From: Zygnema circumcarinatum SAG 698-1b
Lineage: Eukaryota; Plantae; Zygnematophyceae
Direction: 5' to 3'
DNA length: 64,000 nt
Assembly (NCBI GenBank): GCA_037447605.1
Contig: CM074812.1
Span: 2,294,001 to 2,358,000, forward strand
Below the pieces are notes generated by a model. It was given only the letters and a program-made list of their open reading frames with translations, was not told where the DNA came from and did not search any database. The position numbers and the translations under genes were made by a program. Of this stretch, positions 51,601-62,400 are shown piece by piece (the first letter of the stretch is position 1; every line of letters begins with the position of its first letter).

Positions 51601-54600
51601 CCCTCTCCTCTCTCCTCTCCCTCTCCCTCTCCCTCTCCCTCTTCTTCTCCCTCTCCCTCTCCCTCCCTCTCCCTCTCCCTCTCCCTCTCCCTCTCCCTCT
51701 CCCTCTCCCTCTCCCTCTCCCTCCCTCTCCCTCCCTCTCCCTCCTCCCTCTCCCTCTCCCTCTCCCTCTCCCTCTCCCTCTCCCTCTCCCTCTCCCTCTC
51801 CCTCTCCCTCTCCCTCTCCCTCTGCCTCTCTCTCTGCCTCTCCCCTCTCCTCTCCCTCTCCCTCCTCCCTCTCCCTCTCTCCCTCTCCTCCCTCCTCCTC
51901 CCTCTCCTCTCCTCTCCCTCTCCTCTCCCCTCCCTCTCCCTCTCCTCCTTCCCTCTCCCTCCCTCTCCCTCTCCCTCTCCCTCCCTCTCCCTCTCCCTCT
52001 CCCTCTCCCTCTCCCTCTCTCCCTCTCCCGTCCCCTCCCTCTGCCCCTCCCCTCCCTTCCCTCTTCCCCTCCCTCTCCTTTTTCCCGCCCTTTCCTTTCT
52101 CCCTCTCCCTCTCCCTCCACTCTTGGAGTTTCCTTTTCTCCCTCTCCTTTCCCTTTCTCCTCTCCCTCTCCAGCTCCCTCCCTCTCCGCTCTCCCTCTCT
52201 TTTCACTACTCCCTCTCTCTCTCCCTTTCCTCTTCCTCTTCCTCTTCCTCTTCCTCTCTCCCTTTCCCACTCTCCCTCTCCCCGTCCCCTCCCACTGCCC
52301 CTCCCCTCCCTTCCCTCCCCTCCTCTCCCTCTTCCCATCCCTCTCCCTCTTCCCATCCCTCTCCCTCGTCCCCTCCCTTTCCCTCTCCCGCTCTCCCTCT
52401 CCCGCTCCCTCCCTCTCCCATTCCCTTTCTCCCTCTCCTTTCCTTTCTCCTTTCCCTCTCGCTCCCTCCCTCTCCCTCTCCTCTCCCTCTCTCTCCCCCT
52501 CCCTCTCCCTCTCCTCTCCCTCTCCCTCTCCCTCTCCCTCTCCCTCTCCCTCTCCTCTCCCTCTCTCTCCCTCTCCCTCTCCCTCTCTCCCTCTCCCTCT
52601 CCTCCATGCTCTCTACTTCCTCTTCACTTCTCCCTCTCCCTCTCCTCCTCCGTCTCTCCCTCTCCCGTCCCCTCCACTGCCCCTCCCCTCCCTTCCCTCT
52701 TCCCCTCCTCTCCTTTCCGCCCTTTCCTTTCTCCCTCTCCTTTCCCTTTCTCCTCTCCCTCTCCCGCTCCCTCCCTCTCCCTCTCCCTCTCCCTCTCCCT
52801 CTCTCTCTCCCTTTCCCTCTTCCTCTTCCTCTTCCTCTTCCTCTCTCCCTTTCCCACTCTCCCTCTCCCCGTCCCCTCCCACTGCCCCTCCCCTCCCCCT
52901 CCCCTCCCTTTCCCTCTTCCCCTCCCTCTCCCTCTTCCCATCCCTCTCTCCCTCTTCCCATCCCTCTCCCTCTTCCCATCCCTCTCCCTCGTCCCCTCCC
53001 TTTCCCTTTCTCCCTCTCCCTCTCCGCTCCTCCTCTCCCTCTCCCTCCCTCTCTCCCTCTCTCTCCCTCTTCCTCTCCCTCTTCCTCTCCTCTTCCTCTC
53101 CCTCTTCCCATCCCTCTCCCTCTCCCTCCCTCTCCCTCTCCCGTCCCCTCCCACTGCCCCTCCCCTCCCTTCCCTCTTCCCCTCCCTCTCCCTCTTCCCA
53201 TCCCTCTCCCTCTTCCCATCCCTCTCCCTCGTCCCCTCCCTTTCCCTTTCTCCCTCTCCCTCTCCCGCTCCCTCCCTCTCCCGCTCCCTCCCTCTCCCAT
53301 TCCCTTTCTCCCTCTCCCTTTCCCTTTCTCCCTTTCCCTCTCCCGCTCCCTCCCTCTCCCTCTCCCTCTCCCCTTCTCTCTCCCTCTCCCTCTCCCTCTT
53401 CCTCTCCCTCTCCCACACTCCCTCTCCCCGTCCCCTCCCTCTGCCCCTCCCCTCCCTCTGCCCCTCCCCTCCCTTCCCTCGTCCCCTCCCTCTCCCTCTT
53501 CCCCTCCATCTCCCTCTCCCTCTCCCTTTCCCTTTCTCCCTCTCCCTCTCCCGCTCCCTCCCTCTCCCATTCCCTTTCTCCCTCTCCCTTTCCCTTTTTC
53601 CCTCTCCTTCTCCCTCTCCCTCCCTCTCCAATTCCCTCTCCCTCCCTCTCCAATTCCCTCTCCCTCTCCCTCTCCCTCTCCCTTTCCCTCTCCCTCTCCC
53701 TCTCCCTCTTCCCCTCTCCCTCTCCCACTCTCCCTCTCCACGTCCCCTCCCTCTGCCCCTCCCCTCCCTTCCCTCTTCCCCTCCCTCTCCCTCTTCCCCG
53801 CCCTTTCCCTCTTCCCCTCCATCTCCCGCTCCCTCTCCCATTCCCTTTCTCCCTCTCCCTTTCCCTTTCTCCCTTTCCCTCTCCCGCTCCCTCCCTCTCC
53901 CTCTCCCTCTCCCGCGCCCTCCCTCTTCCATTCCCTTTCTCCCTCTCCCTTTCCCTTTCTCCCTCTCCCTCTTGCGCTCCCTCCCTCTCCCTCTCCCTCT
54001 CCCTCTCCCTCTCCCTCTTCCTCTCCCTCTCCCTCTTCCTCTCCTCTTCCTCTCTCCCTTTCCCTCTCCCTCTCTCTCTCCCTCCCTCTCCTCTCCCCTC
54101 CCTCCCTCTCCTCTTCCCCTCCCTCTCCCTCTCTCCCTCCCTCCCTCTCCCTCTTCCCTCCCTCTCCCTCCTCCCTCTCCCTCTCCCGCTCCCTCCTCTC
54201 CCATTCCCTTCTCCCTCTCCCTTTCCCTTCTCCCTTTCCCTCTCCCGCTCCCTCCTCTCCCTCTCCCTCTCCCTCTCCCTCTCCCTCTCCCTCTCCCTCT
54301 CTCCCTCTCCCACTCTCTCCCTCTCCCCGTCCCTCCTCTGCCCCTCCCCTCCCTTCCCTCTCCCTCTCCTCCTCCCTCTCCCTCTTCCCTCCCTTCTCCC
54401 TCTCTCTCTCCCATCCCTCTCCCTCTCTCTCCCTCTCCTTCTCCCTCTTCCTCTCCCTCTCCCTCTCCCTCTCCTCTCTCCCTCTCCCTCTCTCTCTCCC
54501 TCCTCTCCCCCGTCCCTCCTCTGCCCCTCCCCTCCCTCCCTCTCCCTCTCTCCTCTCCCTCTCCCTCTCCCTCTCTCCTCTCTCTCTCTCCTCCCTCTCC

Positions 54601-56006
54601 CTCGCCCTCTCCCTCTCCCTCTCCTCCTCCCTCTCTCCTCGCCCTCTCCCTCTCCCTCTCCCTCTCCCTCTCCCTCTCCCTCTCCCTCTCCCTCTCCCTC
54701 TCCCTGCAGGCACCACCCTCCTCCTGCAAAAGCTGCCTTCCATTTTGGACGGTTCCGCTGCGCAGTTTGCCGTTGAACAGAACCATTCCATGGCTTCACA
54801 TGCGCCCAAGGTATTTGAACTTCCAAATATGCTGAACCGTTTTTTGTCTTAGGGTTATATCTGAATTTTTTTCCGATAATTAAGAAATTTGGAAGTACAG
54901 GGTGACCGGGCTTTTTAGAAGGTTTAAGGTTTTCAGAAATTTAAAGAGGTTGTATTTTGAAAACGCTTTATTTTTTAGTTCATTTTTCTGTTTTTTGGGG
55001 GGCAGGTGATGGCGGAAGAGGGGAGGTTGTCGTTCAGTGAATCGGCGGAGCGACTTCACAATAAGGTAGTTGGGAGGGAGAGGAGAGGGAGGGAGAGGGA
55101 GAGAGAGAAAGAGGAAGGGAGGGAGAGAGTGGTAGTGAGCGAAGGTGGGAGGGAGAGAGTGAGAGGGAGAGAGTGGGAGGGAGGGAAGGGGGAAGGAGAA
55201 AGGGAGAGGAGGCAGTGAAAGGGGGATGGTTTTAGTGGAGGGGGGAATGTCGAGAGGGGAGGAGGGAGAGAGGGAGAGGGAGAGGGAGAGGGAGCGGGAG
55301 AGGGAGAGGGAGAGGGAGAGCGAGAGGGAGAGGGAGTGTGATCATCTCGGGGCTTTGTGCGGGGTAGATAGAGAGGGAGAGAGAGAGAGAGAGAGAGTGA
55401 GAGAGAGAGGGAGAGAGAGAGAGAGGGGTAGTGAGAGTGAGAGAGAGAGACCTCTCTCTCATTACCTTCCCTTCCTTTCAGGTTCGAGCCTTTGCGGGGT
55501 GGCCGGGCACTCGGGCAAATTTTTTGATAAAATCCGACGAGGGCGGAACTTCAGAAGGGGCAGAATTGAAAATAATTACAACGCGATTTTTGCCTCCGGG
55601 AAATTTTCCGATCGGCGAAGAAGACAAAAAATTGGACCTCAGAAACGACGCGCTCCTCGTTCCGTGTGACGACGGTTCCGTCCTCGAGGTACGGGAAATC
55701 CTTTACACATAAAACAATTTTTTTTTTTTCTGAGGAAAATGAATGATAGTTTGGAAAACAAACAATTTAAATTAAGAAAGTAGTCTGCTTAATATTTTTT
55801 GGACTTTTTGGTGTTTTATTGGGTTTTGGCTTTTGGGTTTTTTGGGGTTCTTAACATTTTGGGTTTTTTTTTAATTTTTTGGGGGGGGATTTGGTTTGCG
55901 GTGTATTTGTTTTTAGGTTTTGGAGGTTCAGCCAATCAGCAAAAAGGTGATGGCAGCGAAAGCCTTTTGGAACGGACTGCGCGGCCGCTCCTTATTCCGA
56001 ACTTAG
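44724..56006 (+). CDS. FMT: Methionyl-tRNA formyltransferase, organellar (plant-type); central exons not seen in the assembly
   Basis: Exons 44724-45107 (transit peptide ... [11 protein letters not shown]), 45728-45790, 46003-46146 (VVTQPP...GRGRK; GC donor), 46698-46800 ([14 protein letters not shown]), [missing NIHPSLLP..RGAAP...LDAGP region], 47638-47671, 54710-54810 (LPSILDGSA), 55006-55065, 55482-55688 ([12 protein letters not shown]), 55917-56006 ([25 protein letters not shown]). Confidence 0.9.
47861..54705 (+). repeat. ~6.8 kb polypyrimidine (CTCTCC)n low-complexity tract forming most of one FMT intron
   Basis: Almost exclusively C/T on the + strand. Recurring higher-order blocks such as CCCTCTTCCCATCCCTCTCCCTCTTCCCATCCCTCTCCCTCGTCCCCT occur near 49910, 51330, 52960 and 53180. 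Confidence 0.95.
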
Positions 56007-56177
56007 TTTTTCGCAGAAAACCAGGTTTTTGGTTTTTGGGTCGCGGAGAAAAACTGAGTTTGCTTAATTTCTGTATGAGGTTCGAATAGGAAAAGGATAT
56101 TCATTGTTGGGGTTTAGGCCTAGAGGGAGGGAGGGAGGGAGAGAGGGAGGGAGGGAGGGAGGGAGGCNNNNNNNNNN

Positions 56178-57691
56178 CCCTCTCCCTCTCCCTCTCCCTC
56201 TCCCTCTCCCTCTCCCTCTCCCTCTCCCTGCAGGCACCACCCTCCTCCTGCAAAAGCTGCCTTCCATTTTGGACGGTTCCGCTGCGCAGTTTGCCGTTGA
56301 ACAGAACCATTCCATGGCTTCACATGCGCCCAAGGTATTTGAACTTCCAAATATGCTGAACCGTTTTTTGTCTTAGGGTTATATCTGAATTTTTTTCCGA
56401 TAATTAAGAAATTTGGAAGTACAGGGTGACCGGGCTTTTTAGAAGGTTTAAGGTTTTCAGAAATTTAAAGAGGTTGTATTTTGAAAACGCTTTATTTTTT
56501 AGTTCATTTTTCTGTTTTTTGGGGGGCAGGTGATGGCGGAAGAGGGGAGGTTGTCGTTCAGTGAATCGGCGGAGCGACTTCACAATAAGGTAGTTGGGAG
56601 GGAGAGGAGAGGGAGGGAGAGGGAGAGAGAGAAAGAGGAAGGGAGGGAGAGAGTGGTAGTGAGCGAAGGTGGGAGGGAGAGAGTGAGAGGGAGAGAGTGG
56701 GAGGGAGGGAAGGGGGAAGGAGAAAGGGAGAGGAGGCAGTGAAAGGGGGATGGTTTTAGTGGAGGGGGGAATGTCGAGAGGGGAGGAGGGAGAGAGGGAG
56801 AGGGAGAGGGAGAGGGAGCGGGAGAGGGAGAGGGAGAGGGAGAGCGAGAGGGAGAGGGAGTGTGATCATCTCGGGGCTTTGTGCGGGGTAGATAGAGAGG
56901 GAGAGAGAGAGAGAGAGAGAGTGAGAGAGAGAGGGAGAGAGAGAGAGAGGGGTAGTGAGAGTGAGAGAGAGAGACCTCTCTCTCATTACCTTCCCTTCCT
57001 TTCAGGTTCGAGCCTTTGCGGGGTGGCCGGGCACTCGGGCAAATTTTTTGATAAAATCCGACGAGGGCGGAACTTCAGAAGGGGCAGAATTGAAAATAAT
57101 TACAACGCGATTTTTGCCTCCGGGAAATTTTCCGATCGGCGAAGAAGACAAAAAATTGGACCTCAGAAACGACGCGCTCCTCGTTCCGTGTGACGACGGT
57201 TCCGTCCTCGAGGTACGGGAAATCCTTTACACATAAAACAATTTTTTTTTTTTCTGAGGAAAATGAATGATAGTTTGGAAAACAAACAATTTAAATTAAG
57301 AAAGTAGTCTGCTTAATATTTTTTGGACTTTTTGGTGTTTTATTGGGTTTTGGCTTTTGGGTTTTTTGGGGTTCTTAACATTTTGGGTTTTTTTTTAATT
57401 TTTTGGGGGGGGATTTGGTTTGCGGTGTATTTGTTTTTAGGTTTTGGAGGTTCAGCCAATCAGCAAAAAGGTGATGGCAGCGAAAGCCTTTTGGAACGGA
57501 CTGCGCGGCCGCTCCTTATTCCGAACTTAGTTTTTCGCAGAAAACCAGGTTTTTGGTTTTTGGGTCGCGGAGAAAAACTGAGTTTGCTTAATTTCTGTAT
57601 GAGGTTCGAATAGGAAAAGGATATTCATTGTTGGGGTTTAGGCCTAGAGGGAGGGAGGGAGGGAGAGAGGGAGGGAGGGAGGGAGGGAGGC
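56178..57691 (+). repeat. Duplicate of 54654-56167 (last four FMT exons), bounded by N gaps
   Basis: Appears identical at offset 1524. Flanked by 10-N gaps at 56168-56177 and 57692-57701. Confidence 0.88.
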
Positions 57692-59442
57692 NNNNNNNNN
57701 NGGGAGGGAGGGAGGGAGGGAAGGAGGGAAAGAGGGAGGGAGGGAGGGAGAGAGGAAAGGAGGGAGGTGGTTTGGCTCTCTTAGTGGTAATTTCATTCAT
57801 TCATTCTTTTTTCGTTTTGTAATGTTCTCTTTCTCTCCCTCCCTCTCTCTCTGAGACTTTCTCTCGCCTTTCTCTCTCCCCACACTTCCTCTCTCCCCTC
57901 GCTCTCTCCCCTCTCCCTTTCCCTCTCCAACCACTATCTGACTCTCGCTCCCCCTCTCTTCTCCCCCCCTTCGCGCTCTCGCCCCGCTAAACCGCCTTCT
58001 CTCTTCTCTCTCCCCCCTCTCTCTCCCCCTCTCTCTCCCCTCCCCCCTCTCTCTCTCTCTCGCTCTCTCTTTCTCTCTCGCTCCCCTCTCCCTCCCCTCT
58101 CCCTTCCTCCCTCCCTCACACACTCTCTCCCTCCCCCTCCCCCAAAGTAAAACCCGCCTAAAGCTAAGTACTACATCCACACGCACTCAGACCCTCCAAA
58201 AGGATACCATTGGAATCTGCCGTACATATCCGTACGTAATTGTACGGTCGGTTGCAATCGGTCGAGCAGAGTGACGGACGGTGACTGGCGGTCGTACCTT
58301 TTAGTCCTTTCCGGTGGAATATCTTTTGTCCATACGGAATATTCACTGTACGGTTTTGCCACGAGCCAGCATGTACTGTATTGGGCATGTTGTACGGATT
58401 TCAACAGGATTCGATTCTCAGAATCAACGGTGGAGAATATGTCGAAGGAAATCTTTGCACATTTTTCTGTCCTATGGCAATTGGGTCAACAAAAATGTTT
58501 TACCCCGCTAATGTGGACGCGCCACGTGGCAAACTCTTAAACTTTTTTTTTCAATTTCTGTAGTGGCAAATTTTCCTCCCTGGAAAATATCTCGGAGGTT
58601 CAGCCTTACATATGTAGCTGTTGAGCGTTGAACTGGTTTTCGTTCCAAAGAAACGACGCTCGTCGCCGAGCAAAATCGATTCCATGAGGAGTTCTTTGAG
58701 CAGCTAACGTTAAAGTTACAGTTTTACGCGCGCTGCTTGGGATTCTGACAGTTTAATTCAGCGTGTAACAGCTCACATGGAACCTTAGAACTTTTCCGGC
58801 CCTTCTGGCACCTTCGTTCAGCTTCAAATATTTCTCCATGTCATCACCTTCCAATGGAATTTTGTCACGTGTACAACTTTGTAAACGTGGCATATTTCTA
58901 TTGGAGGATACTTGACGACTATGTAGAGCCAGCGAGGGTTCCAGTCCGACGGCTGGCAGTCAGAAAATCTGAAAGCTCGTTGTCGAGGCGGATTTTTTTG
59001 TCGTAGGGAGAGGGCGGGAGAGCGGAGAGCAGGGAGAGGGAGGGATTGCAGGGGGGGCGGGGGGGGGAGAGTAAGAGGGAGGGAGAGAGAGGGAGAGGGA
59101 GGGACAGCAGGGGCGGGGGGAGGAGAGAGAGCGGGAGGGAGGGAGAGCGAGAGAGAGGGAGAGGGAGGGACAGCAGGGGGGGATAGGAGAGACAGAGAGA
59201 GGGAGGGACAGCAGGGGGGAATAGGAGAGACAGAGAGAGGGACAAACCCAAAACAAACCCAAACTATGAATGGAGGATTGATTACCTCAAAGGTTGCGAG
59301 CTAGTAGCGGGAGGGAGGGAGAGCGAGAGAGGAGGGGAGAGAGAGAGGGGTAGAAAAGGAAGGAGGTTCGAGAGGCGGATTGATAGAGAGCGAAAGCAAG
59401 AGAGTGAGAGAGCGCGAGAGAGAAAGAGGGAGAGGAGTGTGG

Positions 59443-59473
<31 letters not shown>

Positions 59474-59484
59474 TCGTGGCTCCA

Positions 59485-62400
59485 ATGCGGATCCTCGAGA
59501 GCGACGCCGCCCCTTCTGCAGAGAACCCAAAATTTTCGACTTTCAAACTGAAACAGCTTCTCAGTTTCAGTTCCAATTTCTCACATGGAACCGGAGCTTC
59601 TCTCCAGCGCCCCTCTCTTTCCTCCTCCCCAATCCACTCTGCCTATGCCCCAAATATTGATATTTTTAGAAACCCTAATAACACAAATATTGCTTTAGGG
59701 GGGGGGTTAACGGAGCCGGAAATCGCTAAATTTAGGGTTAGAATTAAGGCTCAATTAGGTCATTTATACGAGAGAAAAGTCGCTTATTTTCCGTTAGAAG
59801 ATGTGTTGGATCTCCACAACCTTTACATGCAAATGGAGGAGCTCTTGGAGTCTCCGTTGACGGCGACGGAAAACTGGGAACGGACACGCATGGAACTGCT
59901 AAAGAGGGTGGAGGATCTGCGGGCAGCCATGGCTTCCGGCTCTCCCAACGCTGCGGGAGAGATCGTGAGAGAGATGAGGGAGAGGGTGGGAGAGGCTGTG
60001 GGGGAGGATAGGGTGAAGGAGAGGAGTTGGGGGGGAGGAGAGACGGTAGGAGGGAGAGAAGGATGGAGAGAAGGAGGGAGAGAGGAGAGAGAGAGAGAGG
60101 GAAGCTCGGGTCCTCTCCTTCTCCCGCGGGAGAGGTATTTGGAAGTGGGAGGGCAGATCTGTCGGCTTCTGGAGGGCCTCCTCCGACCTCAGGATGAGCA
60201 GGAATTGGTGGGATTTGGATTAGAAGAAATTTTCGGAATAAAAACTCGAAAAGGACCTAAATATGATGCGCAAAATTGCGCCTATGAGCCTGTAAGTTTT
60301 TTCCGGAAAACCCAAGTTTTTTCTAAAAAACCCACTAAAGTTATCGTCGGGAAACCCACACACTCCAGTTTCTCAAAGACCTGAATTTGAGAACCCAAAT
60401 ACCAGAAACTCAAAACTTTGCAAAAGCCAGAATCTTTGCAACCCCAATAATGGAAACCCAAATACTGGAAACTCAAATACTGGGAAGCCAAATACTGGAA
60501 ACTCGAAAACCTAAAATCTGAAAGCCCACATTATCTGATTAGAAATCAGAACCCAAAAGCGAAAGTAAAGAAGTCTCAAAGAAACCCAAAAGCAGAAGTT
60601 GAGGGAGCAGAGGGAGGAAGGGCGAGTGCAGGTTTATTACATTACGAGCCGATCCAAAGTGGGAGAGACGGAGGAGCTGGGGGAGCTCTTTGGGACCGAG
60701 TTTGGAGATAAGATGCGCTGCGGACTGACTAAGGTAAGAGGCTTGCATTGGTGCATGGGGGGGAGGGAGGGAGCGAGGGAGGGAGGGAGGGAGGAAGGGA
60801 GGGAGGGAGCGAGTGAGGGAGGGAGGAAGGGAGGGAGTGAGAAAGGGAGGAAGGGAGGGAGGGAGGGAGTGAGGGAGGGGGAGAAAAAAAAAAGAGAGGG
60901 CGACGGAAAGATAGAGAACGAAGGGGGAAAGTTGGGAGAGGGAGGGAGAGGGAAGGGCGGATGAAGAGGGAGGGAGGGAGGGTGTGGGGAGGTAGGACGG
61001 GGGAAGTGGAGGGAGGAGGGAGGGATTGGTTGAGGCGAAGGTGGGAGAGGAGGGAGGGAGAGGAGGTGAGAGCGAGGAATGGGAGTAGGAAGCAGGTGGG
61101 GTGAGTAGGGAGGGAGAGGAAAGTTAGAGGGGAAGGACGAGGTATGAGATGCGCAAGTGTAGTGGGTGCTGATGAGACAGAGGGGTAGAGAGTGGATGAA
61201 CACTCTCTCTCTCTTCCCTCGCCCCCTTGCTCTCCCTCTCTCTTCTCATTTTCAATCCGCTCCTTCTCTTTCTGTCTCTACTCCCTGTCCCTCTCGTCCC
61301 TCTCTCTTTCTCTCTCTCACTCTCCCCCCCTTCTCTCTCTCTCTCTCTCTCGCTCTCTCTCTCTCTGCCCCCATTTACAACACACATTTTTTTTGGTGCA
61401 GGTTTCGTGCATTGCAGGGCGGCCCCAAGTGAAGCGCGAACTGCAGCATGCCGGTTCTATGGAGGAGGCTCAGTTCCGTGACGAGCTACGGAAGGAGATC
61501 GAGAAAGATGACAAGAAGGCCGTCCTTCTCTATGTGCATGGGTGAGCCTTTCCGTTACAGTTCCAGTTCCAGTTGCACTCATAGTTAGGGGGTGTGTGCA
61601 GTGTTCGAATTGAGGGAGAGAGACAGCGAGGGAGAGGGTGAGAGGAGAAGGAGAGGGAGAGGTGGGGAGAAGGGAGGGAAAGGTGTTAGAGAGGATAAAG
61701 AGGACTGAGGGCAAACGTGAGAGCTCAGGGAAAACCTGGGGAGAGAGCGATTAGGGGAGTATGGAGAGAGAGGGAGAGCGAGAGGGGGAGAGAGAGGAAG
61801 AGACAGAGAGTGAGCGACGGAGAGGAGAGGGAGGGCGAGGAGGGTGGGCTGATCGAGAGAGACAAACAACAAACTGAGTTTTTTTTTGCAAACTGGGTTG
61901 GGAGAGCTACAGCTGTTTCTCTGATTTTGGCCGAGGGATGGGCTACGGAGCGCAGATAGCGGTAGGCCTCCGAAGTTATCCTCTCTCTCTCTCTCCTTCT
62001 CTCAGATCTCTCTCTCTCGATCTTCCTCTCGCTCTCTCTATCCTCCTCTTTCTCTCCTTCACTCTAAGGTCTTTCTCTCGCTTCCCCTCCCTTGCTCTCA
62101 GTTTTTCTCTCTCTCTCTTGTTCTTTCTCTCTCACTCTCTCTCGAGCGCATCCCCTCTCACTCTCCCACTCTCCTCTCTACCTTTCTCTCTTTTCTCTCT
62201 ATCTCTCTCCTTCCCTCGCGATTGTTCTTTTTCTCTCCCTCCCCCTCCTCCCTCTTCCTATCCCCACTCCCTCTCCCCTCTCTCCTCTCCCGCTTCCCTC
62301 ACTCACCCACGTCCTCCCTCCCTCCCTCCCTCCCTCCCTCCCTCCCTCCCTCCCTCCCTCCCCCCCTCCCTCTCCCCCCTCTTCCTATCCCCACTCCCTC

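Noticed and set aside
47802-54852. Very long ORFs (up to 2326 aa) of S/P/L or E/R/G repeats
   Set aside because: They are translations of the (CTCTCC)n intron tract. CT/GA repeats lack stop codons, and the region lies between two FMT exons.
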